From Haliotis rubra (lineage: Eukaryota): a stretch of DNA of 64,000 nt. The DNA lies in assembly GCF_003918875.1 (NCBI RefSeq), contig NW_025767102.1, positions 744,001 to 808,000 of the forward strand. Reading direction: 5' to 3'. The translations under genes were made by a program, and so were the position numbers. The notes below the pieces were generated by a model, which had not been told where the DNA came from, did no database searches, and worked only from the letters and a program-made list of their open reading frames with translations. Below, in pieces: positions 50,028 to 63,097 of this stretch; within the stretch, counting starts at the first letter, position 1; the number at the start of each line of letters is the position of its first letter.

Positions 50028-52873
50028 TTACTGTCTCTCACAAAGGAAGTTCATCCGGTCTGTGCAGGGAGCGTCATTCCATTTGTAGTTAGTTGAAAGA
50101 AGCGCTAAGCAGTCCTCCGTGACGGAGCTGCCACTGCCGACGTTGTTGGGCTCCCCTGGATTCCAGTTGCTGTACTGTATATGGTCCATAGTGTTTGTCC
50201 ACATCCACTCCTGGTTTACCAAGAGGTCGGACCCACCAAGCCAAATGTCCAGCGTCAGGTGACCTACAGGTATTACGAGACGGTAACAGATATTACGGTT
50301 ATAACTGATTTTAAGAAAGAAGGTGAAAATTTGACATTTAGAGGATATGATGGTTTGGTGTTAGCTCGTTTTTCAAACTGAAAATATGATTGTGGAATAG
50401 AGCTTCTTACGATACATCGTAGTAGCGATAATCATGATACTTTATCTGACGATAAATATATCGATACTTTTGTTCGTATCGTGATATGTATCGTTGACCT
50501 TAAAATTGTTAATGTTCACTAGGAAATGACGGTTATGTAAAAATTTCACTGTTACTTGCTATCAAAATATACTTTTGTAAACAAAATAACTACAGATAGC
50601 ATATCGTGATATGTATCGAAACGAATCGTATCGTTCCAAAATATCGCGATACGTATCGCATCGTGACATTTCCGTATCGTCACACCTCTATTGTGGAACA
50701 ATACATAAGGACACTGTAGCACTGAGATCGTTTTGTTTTGAAGTTTGTGCTTCATCGTGAGTCGCCATGGTACTGAGATCGTTTCATGGAACTCTGTATT
50801 AAAAATTCAACGTTGGTTAGTCAAAGCAATACAAATTAAGTAACAAATGATAGTTTGAATCTGCGTAATCTTACCGACCCATCGATAAAGAAAGCTTACA
50901 TTACACTCTGGTAAACACCACTTGTTGGTTTAATTGTTTAAGAAAATATAACACAGCAATGGTGCAATTTCAGATGCAAGGTAAGAATAAGAGGAAAATG
51001 TCGTAATGTGATTTCTTCGGTGTTCATTTTGACCAGAGACCATAATATACCGTCGCTGGGTCCCGATCCATGAAGCGATCGTTACCTTACGACCAGTCGT
51101 TTTGTCGCACGGGACCCAGGTTTGACAAAACCTACTCCTACCCATTGAAGGTAAAATCAAATTGCAGCTTATTACTATTGTGCAGTCCACTGATGTAGCT
51201 CTCGATAAAGTCCTGTTCCTGCTGGTCCGTTATCATTGCAAGTTTCCCTCCGAAGGTTTTGCAGAAGACCTGTAAAATTGACCTCCACGTTGATTTTCTG
51301 GCATAAAATGACCGAGCGAACTTTCAAACAATAATAACAATTACGTTCAAAAAGTTCACTCCAAACTGTATGATCAAGATATGCATACTGTTTTATAGAA
51401 TAATCACTGTTTCCTTGATGTTCCGAAAATGGAAAATAGTAATGTTCATTTACATTGCATTGATTAACTACAATAACACAGATTAACTACTTGACAATTA
51501 CACAATAAGATTGCATGGCAGATTAATTGAAATTACATTGCATGATAGATTGACTACAATAACATTGCATAGCAGATTAATTAAAACTATATTGCTTGAC
51601 AGATTAAATAAAATTACATTGCATGACAGATTAACTACAATAACATTACATGGCAGATTAATTAAACACATGAAATAAAATAACTTGGAACGACAGATTA
51701 ATAGTAATATGAAGGAATTGCCTGTCAGAAGAGATTAAATATACCCAAAAGGAAAGAACTGAGTGATGCTTAACTTTTCTTGAGTAGTACATGTACGTGA
51801 TCTTGTTTCATTAACACGAGTGGTTATACATGTTCAGTAAAACCTTAATAGACAGGACCCTGTTAGAACGACAAACCTCCAACAGAAACGCTTACATGTA
51901 CCCGTTGGGATGAAAGTTGATACCAATTATTGATGACAGCTTCTTTTATCACAAAGGAACAAGACTCCAATGATCCGTTTCTCCGGACATATGTTATTGC
52001 CGATAATTTCACCATAAAGATACCATCCCCATTAACGAAGCTACATTTAAGCTTCAATACTTGTTTTGGCATTTTCGAGTGTTATGATGCAGATGTCAGT
52101 GAAATTGGCTACACTGTCATACAGAAATCCATTGGAACCATGGTGATCAAGACCTTTTCTTACCACAGCCTCGGGCCACGTGGCCGCCAGGGGGAACATC
52201 TTGTAGCAGGACTCGCTGTAGACGGCGTACCCGGCGGGACAACTGCCGCCCTGACCTGTGGAGATACAAGTAACAGAAACTACAGAACTGAGACTACGAA
52301 GATTACTTTGAGCTACACTGTACTGTATATGCTGAGGGATTGAGGCACTGATATCCCTTTGTGAACACTGTGCTAAAGACTAAAACATCTCTTTACACTT
52401 AGATTTCTTTGAGCTACACTGTACTATATACTAAGATATTGAGGCACTGCTATCGCATTGTGAACACTGTGTTAAAGAGTAATGCATCTTAACACTTAGA
52501 TTACTTTGAGGCACTGATATCGCTTTGTCAACACTCCTTAAATACATGTTAACACTTTGAGCTACACTGTTTTATAGACCGAGTCAGTCAGAATCAGCCT
52601 GACAATCTGCTTCTGTTTTGTCCTTATTAACTAGCACGAAATAGCCTAGGACCTAATATTCCTCCCTGGATCAGTCAATCTTTACACGACGATCTCTGTT
52701 GAGCCGGTTCTAATGATTTCTAAGTGCCTAATTATGCGTTAACCGAACTGAGATGCCAGTCGATATGGTACATTAAAAGTATACAGCAGAGAGATATTTT
52801 ATGACAACATGTACCCACCTGTTACGAGGACAAAGGCGGAAACGAAAGCCAAATATTCTAGTACCTTCTCCAT
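50028..52873 (-). CDS. Secreted single-domain C-type lectin (perlucin-like, EPN/WND), copy 1. Exons 52873-52819, 52255-52164, 51269-51176, 50263-50028 (158 aa)
   Basis: Signal peptide MEKVLEYLAFVSAFVLVTG, CPAGY...SCY, TWPEA..FC, IWLGGSD, YSNWNPGEPNN, EDC, WNDAPC, FLCE. Phases are compatible; 477 nt. Confidence 0.92.
50398..50690. mobile_element. hAT-like MITE, same family as 45049-45332, in lectin copy 1 intron 3
   Basis: Perfect 8-bp TSD TTGTGGAA; reverse-oriented homolog. Confidence 0.85.
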
Positions 52874-52965
52874 AGCTGTATACTATCTCGCTGCTCCTGG
52901 GAACACGACAGGTGGGCGATCGTCCTCGACCACAGTTTGTCGTACACTGTCTCACACGTGTATTT

Positions 52966-53133
52966 GAGTGAGTGGGTGAGTTTAGTTTTACACCGCTTTA
53001 GCAATAGTGTAACAATATCACGGCGGAGGGACACCAGAAATGGACTTCACACATTGTACCCATGTGGGGAATCGAACCCGGGTCTTCGGCGTGACGAGCG
53101 AACGCTTAAACCACTTGGTTACCCCACCACCCC
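52966..53133 (-). mobile_element. SINE family A in the lectin copy 1 promoter region
   Basis: TSD CACA[C/T]GTGTATTTGA; absent at the matching position of copy 2. Confidence 0.85.
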
Positions 53134-54109
53134 ACATGTGTATTTGAACACTGGTCACACATAAACATGTGTAATAACGTTCAACACATATACTAACTAA
53201 TTGAAAATCACCGTATTTTCATGCCACGAATGATAGCTTTATCGTGGTAGGAGATTCCATGTGTTTGTTGGTTGGATGGTGAACGCCGAACTCGGAACTT
53301 TCCAGAAAAATGTTAGATTGACATGTGAATGCAGTAGCCAAGGAATAATAGAGAAAAGCGTTTGAAGCCAGTTACTGTTATCTCCCGCTTCGGTTTAGAT
53401 GGAATATCGCTGAAAGCAGCGTACCTCACTCACTCAAATGTATAAAATATGACCCCCTCACGTCCTCACCCCCTCACCCTCCCGCCGGGGATCGTTGCTG
53501 ACAATATCGACCACTATATTGTCAGATCAAGACTCGATTATTCACGGTTATATGGCACGAATATGTCTGGGTGAGGTGTTAAACAACAACCAATACCATA
53601 AAACCAGGTATGCTGCAGTGTCGTAACTTTATTTTCAAAGTTAAAGTAAAGAAGGATGCTTCGTTGAAGAAAAAATAGACAACAAACTTCAAACCTGATT
53701 TATTTGAAACTTGTAACAATCAAATGCTTGTGAATACGGTGTGCATGTTCTTACACAAAAGGATTTGACTCCAATCTGTGAAAACAAAACAAAAGATTAA
53801 TGGTCAATAGGACGTGAAACAGGAAAATATTGTTTTGATCAAAGACTTCGTGTTTGGGTATCCTGATGTTAACAACTTTGTATTAATACATTTAGCCCTT
53901 CACCATTATTGGATTTTCTGGTTTGGTTAAGTGCCGCCGTCATGGAGGCGTTGATCTGTAAATACTTCCAACATTGATCGAACTGTGTCTGTGGTAGGGA
54001 ACACCATGCTAAACCTATTGGCGATCTCCTGGTGTCATCACCGATTCCGTGGTCCATTCACCACTAGTCTGCCCAAATGAAAATTATGTGTCATGTTACG
54101 GGTAACGTA

Positions 54110-55115
54110 ACAGCAATGGCAATGTGGCAGTGGTGTACCGTGTTACTGACATTACAAGGTGTCGTTACAGCAGGTGCACTCTGGCAGTTGTGTACCATGG
54201 TACGGACATTACAAGATGTCGTAACAGAAGGTGCAATGTGGCAGCTATGTATCATGGTACGGACATTACAAGATGTCGTAACAGAAGGTGCAATGTGGCA
54301 GCTATGTATCATGGTACGGACATTATAAGATGTCGTAACAGAAGGTGCAATGTGGCAGTTATGTACCATGGTACGGGCATTACAAGATGTCGTAACAGAA
54401 GGTGCAATGTGGCAGCTATGTACCATGGTACGGACATTACAAGATGTCGTAACAGAAGGTGCAATGTGGCAGCTATGTATCATGTTACGGCCATTACAAG
54501 ATGTCGTAACAGAAGGTGCAATGTGGCAGCTATGTATCATGGTACGGACATAACAAGATGTCGTAACAGAAGGTGCAATGTGGCAGTTGTGTACCATGGT
54601 ACGGACATTACAAGATGTCGTAACAGAAGGTGCAATGTGGCAGCTATGTATCATGGTACGGACATTACAAGATGTCGTAACAGAAGGTGCAATGTGGCAG
54701 CTATGTATCATGGTACGGACATTACAAGATGTCGTAACAGAAGGTGCAATGTGGCAGCTATGTATCATGGTACGGACATTATAAGATGTCGTAACAGAAG
54801 GTGCAATGTGGCAGTTATGTACCATGGTACGGGCATTACAAGATGTCGTAACAGAAGGTGCAATGTGGCAGCTATGTAGCATGGTACGGACATTACAAGA
54901 TGTCGTAACAGAAGGTGCAATGTGGCAGCTATGTACCATGGTACGGACATTACAAGATGTCGTAACAGAAGGTGCAATGTGGCAGCTATGTACCATGTTA
55001 TGGACATTACAAGGTGTCATTACAGCAGGTGCGTTGTGGCAGCTATTTTTAATTACCATGGTATGGACATTACAAGATGTCGTAATAGAAGTTGCAATGT
55101 GGCAGTTGTGTACAT
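54110..55115. repeat. 57-bp minisatellite, about 17 units, downstream of the lectin copy 2 stop codon
   Basis: Unit GTGCAATGTGGCAGCTATGTATCATGGTACGGACATTACAAGATGTCGTAACAGAAG. Confidence 0.95.
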
Positions 55116-56542
55116 GGAATAAATAAGGTATTTGGCTTAAGTTACGGACGTTACTGTCTCAGAGAGGAAACATGGAATAAAGGGGTATTGGGTTTCAGCT
55201 TCTGGCGTTACTTACTCTCTCTCACAAAGGAAGTACATTCGGTCTGTGCAGGGAGCGTCGTTCCACTCGTAGCTATCTGAAGTCATAAGCGCCAAGCAGT
55301 CCTCCGTGACGGAGCTGCCACTGCCGGCGTTGTTGGGCTCCCCAGGTTTCCAGTTGCTGTATTGTATACGGTCCAAAGTGTTGGTCCACAGCCACTCCTG
55401 GTTCACCAAGAGGTCGGACCCACCAAGCCAAATGTCCAGCGTTAGGTGGCCTACAGGTAAAGCAACCAGACTGAGAGTGGAAATAAACGCCGCTTGGAAC
55501 AGTATCTCGGTAACTGTACGACGTTGACTTCATACAGACAGTTCGGTTTAACGCATTTTGTAGACATTACGGTTACAGTTGATTTTTGGAAGAAGTTGAA
55601 ATTCTATATATTTTGATGATAGAATTTGTTTGGCTTTAAGTATTCAAAACAATGTAAAGTAAACTTGATATTTTTGAATTAATAGATCGATACGAATCTC
55701 AACCTTGCATTACCAACTCTCTGGTAAACACTACTTCTTGGTTCTGTAGCTTCAGAAGAACTGTTACAAGAACAAGATGTTAATATGGTTATGTGATATC
55801 GTCGATGTTCTGTTTGACAGAACATCCTTCTTTAAGCTTTTAGTAAGGTTCACACAGTTGGTATCTTATTACTATTGTGCAGTCCATTGATGTAACCCTC
55901 GATGAAGTTCTGTTCCTGTTGGTCCGTTATCATGGCAAGTCTCCCTCCAAAGCTTCCTACAGAAAACCTGTAGAAATAAATGCTGGTTATCTGTCATCAA
56001 ACGATGTTTTAAACATGTCAATAATCATTTTGTTTACCAAGTCGAGCCAAACTTATTTATGATCAAGATTTACGCACTGGGTGTTTCGAGAAAGAAAATA
56101 GTAAATTCAAATTAACTATAGTTACATGGCTAGACAGATTAACTACAGTTACCTGGCTCGACCAATTAACTATAGTTATACGTGTTATCGTTTCGAGTGT
56201 TATGATGCAATAACTGTCAGTGAAATTGGCTACAATGCCATACGGAAATCCACTGTAACCATGGTGATCTATTGATACATTTCCTTACCACAGATTCGGG
56301 CCACGTGGCCGCCAGGGGGAACATCTTGTAGCAGGACTCGCTGTAGAAGGCATACCCGTCGGGACAACTGCCACCCTGACCTGTGGAGATACAATAGGTA
56401 ATGCCTCCATCTAACAGAAACTACAGACACAAATGTTGGATGATCATACATTGAAATTCATTCTTAATTTTATTTTTCGGTGAACAAATAAGAACATTTG
56501 TACAGTGTAGTTTATAGAATTTCACCATAGCAACATCTATAC

Positions 56543-57038
56543 CATCCTCGATAATCTCCAGGGTATACGTTACGATCACTCTCCACTATACCCTGGATGC
56601 ATCCACGGCTTGGCCCGATGATTTTATTACCTCTCTTGGCTGGCTTTTTGTCCAATCAGGTGTCTACGCTGGGAAGTTGAGCGAACCAATCACAAATCAC
56701 TTTCGCTTCTTAAATTATCTAACCGTTTAAACTTGGCAACACAATTGATGCAGAAGTACTCTGAAAGAGGTAGAAGGAGTTCTTTTATATATTTTTTGAA
56801 AGTTTCAGATCTGTCAATTTGTCTTTATTATTTCCTAAAAATCTGAGTGGCACTGCGAACAAACCTTCGCGGCTGCGGCCGCTATCTTTCTTTGACATTG
56901 GCAAGCTCGGATGTAACGGCGGCTTAGCTGATTGCTACTGTGACAATGCGGAGCCAGCAAAGGGAGGTAATATAATTATCGCATCCAGGGTATAGAGGAG
57001 AGTGATCGTAACCTATACCCTGGGGATTATCGAGGATG
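56543..57038. mobile_element. Mutator-like MITE, 496 bp, in lectin copy 2 intron 1
   Basis: About 60-bp TIRs CATCCTCGATAATC.CCAGGGTATA.GTTACGATCACTCTCC; perfect 9-bp TSD CATCTATAC. Confidence 0.88.
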
Positions 57039-58246
57039 CATCTATACATATATATTAGGATATATTCTTTCATGATCCTTGAGTAGGTAGTCTAAAATGA
57101 TTTAGCCATTTCGCTCTTCATACTAAACATAGTGATCGATTCCCTACCAATATTGTATTTGACGCCATTAAATACATTGAAGTAGAGGCTTCCAATTTCA
57201 AACTGGTTGTATAAGTTATACATGAACGACGAACTAAACATAAAACAGTTTAATCTTGCCCTGAATGCTTGGCTTTACAATGATAACGTTGAGACAAACG
57301 ACGCGGTTATGATAACCCAGATTTTTAAAAAGTGTGCTGTAAAGAAACTATATACCTTAGGGGTCATGAAGACTAACGCTCAGCCCTTGAATAGATAACA
57401 CTGATAGTAATAAATAAACCCATTTAAATTGAAAATGAGCCCCAGTCAGGTGGGAGATTCAGAGGAAATCTAGACCTGCTTCATTTACAGACAGACAGAC
57501 AAGTTTATTCAGTAAAAGGCCACAGGCCCATCATACAGTCATTTGCATATGATATAGATAGTTCAGTGCACATGCTGTGTAAGAGGAACATTTCTAATGC
57601 GCTGATTATTCAGGGCTTTAGCATTGGGTGGGGGCTAGGGGGAAATAATGTTGTTCAGGGACTGTGAGACAGACTAGAGGTCATGCTGCCAAATATCGAT
57701 ATTCAATTATACCATACAACTACAGGTATTAAATATAAAAGCTTGACGCAAGAGAAATATTAGTCTGGAATATCTGCCGAAACGTGTTACCGGCAACTGA
57801 AATAAAATGAACTGATCACTGAAAAGCAGTGATGACATCAGGTGTTAGCAGAAAAGGGTGATCACATGTTTTAATGACAAACGACATGAAACCATCACGC
57901 ACGCCAATAAACACAATTAAGCTCTACATGCAGTTGTTAATCGGTATACCATTGTGAGATATCATTGCATTGACACCTGTTTATTTCAAACACTGCTTTC
58001 CTTTAGTCTCCAGGCACACTAAAGCATAATAAAGGGTCATGTTGTGGAAGGGTGTTCTTCCGATGGCGACACTGTAACACATTCAGACTACATTGTTAAG
58101 CACTGACAAGGAAGATCCAGGGGCAGATACAGCTTTTTGAGAAAAGGGGGTGCACAGTTCATCTATATTTACCCGCTTCCCATCTCTCTCTCTCTCTCTG
58201 AGAAAGGGGGCTGCACAGTTCATCTTTATTTACCTGCTTCCACGAG

Positions 58247-58256
<10 letters not shown>

Positions 58257-58312
<56 letters not shown>
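58257..58312. repeat. (CT)n microsatellite
   Basis: Uninterrupted dinucleotide run. Confidence 0.95.
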
Positions 58313-58314
<2 letters not shown>

Positions 58315-58444
58315 AAGTCTACTTGAGGAAAGTTTGCTACACACTGAGACATTGTATCACTGTGTCGTTTTGTCAACACTACACAACAAACTGAGACTAA
58401 GAGATTAATTTTAGCTAAGCTGTTCTTTAGTGTTACTAAGGAAT

Positions 58445-58688
58445 GATTGATTGAGTTTAGTTTTACGCCTCACTCAGCACTATTTCAGCTATATGGCGAC
58501 GGTCTGTGATAATCGAGTCTAGACCAGACAACCAAGTGATTAACAGCATGAGCATCGATCTACACAAGTGGGATACGATGACATGTGTCAACCAAGTCAG
58601 CGAGCCTGACCACCCGATCCCGATAGTCGCCTCTTACGCAAAGCATGGGCTACTGAAGATCAATTCTAACCCGGATCTTCATGGGTTC
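58445..58688 (-). mobile_element. SINE family B, full length; a 3'-truncated copy lies at 59253-59410 (+)
   Basis: TSD ACTAAG(G)AATGA. Confidence 0.88.
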
Positions 58689-60945
58689 ACTAAGAATGAA
58701 TAACTGTCTCTGTTCTGGCCTTTTTGACCAGCGTGTATTTTTCTCTGGATCAGTCAGTCTTCGCGCTACGATAAATTTGTTCAACCGATTCTGATGCTTT
58801 CGATGTGCCTAATTAGGTGTCCACCGAATTTAAGCGTCAATCATATATAGCACAGTGGAACTATGCAGTAGAGAGTCAATTAAATGACGGTATTTACCCA
58901 CCTGTTACGAGGACAAAGGCGGAAACGAAAGCCAAATACTCTAGTACCTTCTCCATAGCTGTATACTATCTCTGCTCCTGGGAACACGACATGTGGGCGA
59001 GCGTCCTCGAGCACATTTAGATATGCAATCATAAATAACTAATCTTAAGTCAGCGCATTTTCATGCAATGGTCGCTTTATCGTGGTAGGAGATTCCATGT
59101 GTTGGATGGTTGGATGGTAAAGGCCGCACTCGGAACTTTCCTTTCCAGTGGTCTCTGAGAAGGGAAAAAGGCTGTTAACGCCTTGGGCAAGGGGCACAGT
59201 GTACAAAAGGTTTTACAATGTGCTTTCTGGAAGATGGTGCACTTCCGGCAAAGCCGTTAAGATCCGGGTTAGAATTGGTCTTCAGTAACCCATGCTTGTC
59301 GTAAGAGGCGACTCCCTGGATCGGGTGGTGAGGCTCGCTGACTTGGTTGACACGTGTCATCGTATCCCAAATACGTAGATCAATGCTCATGTTGTTGATC
59401 ACTGGAATGTAACAGTAAAAGTAGCAATGGGATGTTCATTGAACGTGTACATTTAGACAGCAATAACACAGCATTCCATGGAAAACATTCCATGGAAAGC
59501 AAGCTTCATGCATGGAGAGTGGACATGTAAAGATATTACATGAAACTTTGGTAGGGGTGGGGCAGTCCTGACACGTAATGAGAATTAAGCTGTTGTGGGA
59601 ATGTAGAAACGAAACTCTCCTCGTCTCGACTGCGGCTAATTCATGTAAGTTTCAAACATTAATCATTTGTCACCGTTCGGCTGTTTCCGTAACCGCTCGG
59701 TTTTGTTCCGAAAGAGTACCACTGACTGAAATGGCACACTGTACAACGTATGAACTGCTCTGAAAACAATGGCCGGCAGAGGATGACTGTAAAGACACCT
59801 TTTCCTGGAATTCTGGTTAGCACAGATTTAATCAAAGGTGCTGGATATAGACGTTTTTCATACTGAAATCGAAGTTTACATTTTGATGTTTAAGCCGTTA
59901 CCTGTCAGTTGTGAATAATGCTGTTGTATATAATATTATAAACATATATCTATAATATTATATTTTGTATAACTTTTATAGAATTTATCTACTTCAAATG
60001 CTTCGATATATACCTTTTATGTGGTAGTATGATTTATAAACTCATTTAAGTGTCATTTTGTTTTCTTTACAGGTATTTTGTGGTAAGTACTAGTGTACTT
60101 TGGTTCATAAGCAAGTTCAAACTTTCAAACTTTCCAGCTTCATATTTTCAATTAGTAATTTTTATTTTTAAAGTTAAATGTTTTAAGAATCATGTAAAAG
60201 AACAGAATCGTTTGAAATATGTTATATAACCAACACTAACCTATTTATGACCACTTCCACAAGGATAGCATATGTAATACAGACGTCCTTCAATATTGTT
60301 GTTCAATATAAAGTCAGATCATGGGGGTATAGTTTCTATCTCAGTTTAAACATATTCACATTCAGAATCACTTCATTAATTACGTAAACCGCTGGTATAA
60401 ATCACAATACTATTTCACGTAATTTATTAGCTTTACAATGTTCTTCCATGGTGTAGACTAACATATATGTATAGGTGTACCTGTCCAGCAATGACGTTAC
60501 ATTGTATTTGAAGTGACTATAGCAGTGAATGGGCTCAGCCCAGTCTCAAATAACGCTATATTGTTTACAGTTATTTATTGGTTTCCTTAGCCTCAGACAA
60601 TAGGGAAATTTATGTATTTCTGAGTACACGGCATTCCCGGCAGGCCTTAAGTGAATACCTCTGTTGTAAAGCGCTGGCGTTTATTGTGTGAATTGGAAAT
60701 GAGGTGAAGTTTAATGGGATTTAAATACGCTTCCAGAAGTAAACGGGTGTGAAACAGAGAGGGAAAATGAGTGTGCGTGTGTGCTTGCGCGCGTGCGTAT
60801 GTGTGTGCATACGTGTTCAGACTAATGGCTGCTTTGTAGTGCTATCCGACTGAGATACCATGGTACGGTTGTTAACATAACTCCCGTTCTTGTTTCTATT
60901 GCCGAGCGGGTATCAACAAGAATCATCTATTGACGTCTTTCGGTA

Positions 60946-61300
60946 TGAGGTGAGGTGAGGTGAAATTGGATTTAACGTCGTGCTTGAGAATATTTCGCTC
61001 ATATGACGACGTGCATGCGTGTGTGTGTGTACGTGCGGCTGCTTGTACTAGCCCAGACTGAAGCTGGTTTTATAGTGCTAGCCCACTGAGATACCATGCC
61101 GCAGTGAAGCATGGATACCCCACTCAGACACATTATACTGACTCCGAGCCGACCAGTCCTTGTTGTACCCATTAATGCCGAGCACCAGGCAGGGACCAAC
61201 AAGTACCATATTTTACCGTCTTTTCGTCTTTCGGTATGATACTACCGAGGATCGACCCATACACCTTGACGCTCTCGGGCAGGCACTCTATTCACTATAC
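60946..61300 (-). mobile_element. SINE family C
   Basis: Reverse-complement homolog of 6679-7016. Confidence 0.85.
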
Positions 61301-61801
61301 TATGTAGACTGCCTGCTTGGCGTAAAAGCCGACTCATATTGAGTATTGGGTGTCAGGCTTTGTTGATTTTATGTCACCGTACCCAGATGACGTGGACTGT
61401 TGACCATACCACGTCCTGACCGGCTGTTTACAAGACTCCGTTGTACAGGTTGTATATTGGCAGTGGGTAGCGTTATTAGTATGAGTATGACAGAAACAAC
61501 AATGATAATAATGATTAAAGTTTAAAAACGATTATGATATCAATTTTAGTTTTTATATATAGTGTTGTTTGTAGAAATTGTTGATTAAATCTACTGGAAA
61601 TAACTTTTAAGAATTAGAAAATGAATGGTATAGTAATTCTTTCTATCTGAGTAGATGACTGACTGAGTTTGGTTTTACGCCGCTTTTAGCAATATTCCAG
61701 CAACATCACGGCGGACTCTGAGTAGATGAGATGAACCAGGTGATATTGTGTATAGTATATGGCATGTACTCTTTCTTGATAAACTGAATCAGTAGTTATT
61801 T

Positions 61802-61959
61802 NNNNNNNNNNNNNNNNNNNNNNNNNNNNNNNNNNNNNNNNNNNNNNNNNNNNNNNNNNNNNNNNNNNNNNNNNNNNNNNNNNNNNNNNNNNNNNNNNNN
61901 NNNNNNNNNNNNNNNNNNNNNNNNNNNNNNNNNNNNNNNNNNNNNNNNNNNNNNNNNNN
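61802..61959. other. Assembly gap (158 N)
   Basis: Run of N. Confidence 1.
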
Positions 61960-62299
61960 GGTACATTTTTCAAATTTTGGATTGAAAAAACTAACATTCA
62001 TGTGCAGGCAACAGTCAATGATGCTTTTCCGGGATTCGGAAATCCATTTGATCTACATGTAATTTTCAAAAATTCAGATGTCAGCACTACGTACCATTCG
62101 TTTTATAATGCTAAACAATTTCGCTGTGTACAATGTATTATTAAATACAAAACCGATTCGGGGTGGTAATTGCGCAGGACAATCCAAATGCTCGAAAAGA
62201 TCCGCCATTTTTATCAAAAGCGGATTTACTGAGACACGACTTATGTTGACCATATATTTCTATAAACGTATCAACTCTGACCTTATTTTCCATCCACAG

Positions 62300-62469
62300 T
62301 CATGATGGACCGTCATTTTGGGTTGATGTAGGGGTGGACGTCGGCTACGCCGCTCTCATCACCGTCTGCTTGCTCATCATGGCGTGCGTCCTTGCCATCG
62401 CAGCCTGCTACGTCTGTTCATCACAACGTGCAGGAGCACGGGTTGTACACTTCAACGCTGCTAACCAAG
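62300..62469 (+). CDS. Internal exon encoding a transmembrane helix (HDGPSFWVDVGVDVGYAALITVCLLIMACVLAIAACYVCSSQRAGARVVHFNAANQ)
   Basis: Acceptor TTTTCCATCCACAG, donor AAG|GTAGTG, GC-rich stop-free frame with a hydrophobic stretch of about 24 residues. Confidence 0.7.
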
Positions 62470-63097
62470 GTAGTGGATGTTCTCTGTTGAAATAAAAGTG
62501 ATAAAACACAATTACACACCCATAATAAATGTGTACGAAAAGTCATTTTTATTCATCGCTTATCATAAAATAAAATGTGCCGTACATAAAAAAGGCTGTT
62601 CTCAACAGAATGACTTTCAGCATTCGGAATTGTTCAGTTTAATCCGTTAGTCACGTAATGGAAAAACGAGATGCCGTAATATATTATTCAAATGCCGACA
62701 ACCTGTTTGGGAAAAGCTGTTTCTGATATTAATGGTTTGGTATACAATTTGAGCACATACAACAGAGCTTAATGTGAGCATTATTCATGAAAGGGTGAAA
62801 AGTGCTGTCAAATGATGTTGTGTAATATGATACTCACCTGAAATGGTGAAACTAGTAAATAGAGTTGCAATATGGATATATCCTATCACCGTCGGTACCA
62901 AGTAAGGGAGATTATCCCCTCAAACGTGAATCTCTGAGAGCCGAGGGCGTTTTGAATGTTACCCTCAACTACCCATGTCTGTTACGAGTGACTAGGGATT
63001 GTCGTTACAAGGTTAAGGTACATATTAAACATGATTTATCTCAGATATTATTTCGGCTCGAACACCATGTTAACTGCCTATGTTGTCTGCCATATAG

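Larger units (their letters stand above)
55212..58956 (-). pseudogene. C-type lectin copy 2 (EPN/WND). Exons 58956-58902, 56380-56289, 55967-55873, 55450-55212; +1 frameshift in exon 3 (pseudogene, null allele or assembly error)
   Basis: Exon-by-exon paralog of copy 1. Exon 3 is 95 nt versus 94 nt (TGTAGGAAGCTTTGGA versus TGCAAAACCTTCGGA), which creates TA|G at the exon 3/4 junction. Confidence 0.7.

Noticed and set aside
54077-55126. Cys-rich repeat proteins on the plus strand (ITRCRNRRCNVAAMYHGTD)
   Set aside because: A 57-bp unit keeps several frames open. There is no signal peptide or splice support, and one frame has scattered stops.
59578-59813. Possible first coding exon or UGA read-through for the TM-SPRY gene
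   Set aside because: The frame compatible with the microexon has a TGA at 59761-59763 and no later ATG. I saw no SECIS or homology support, and the gap prevents a full model.
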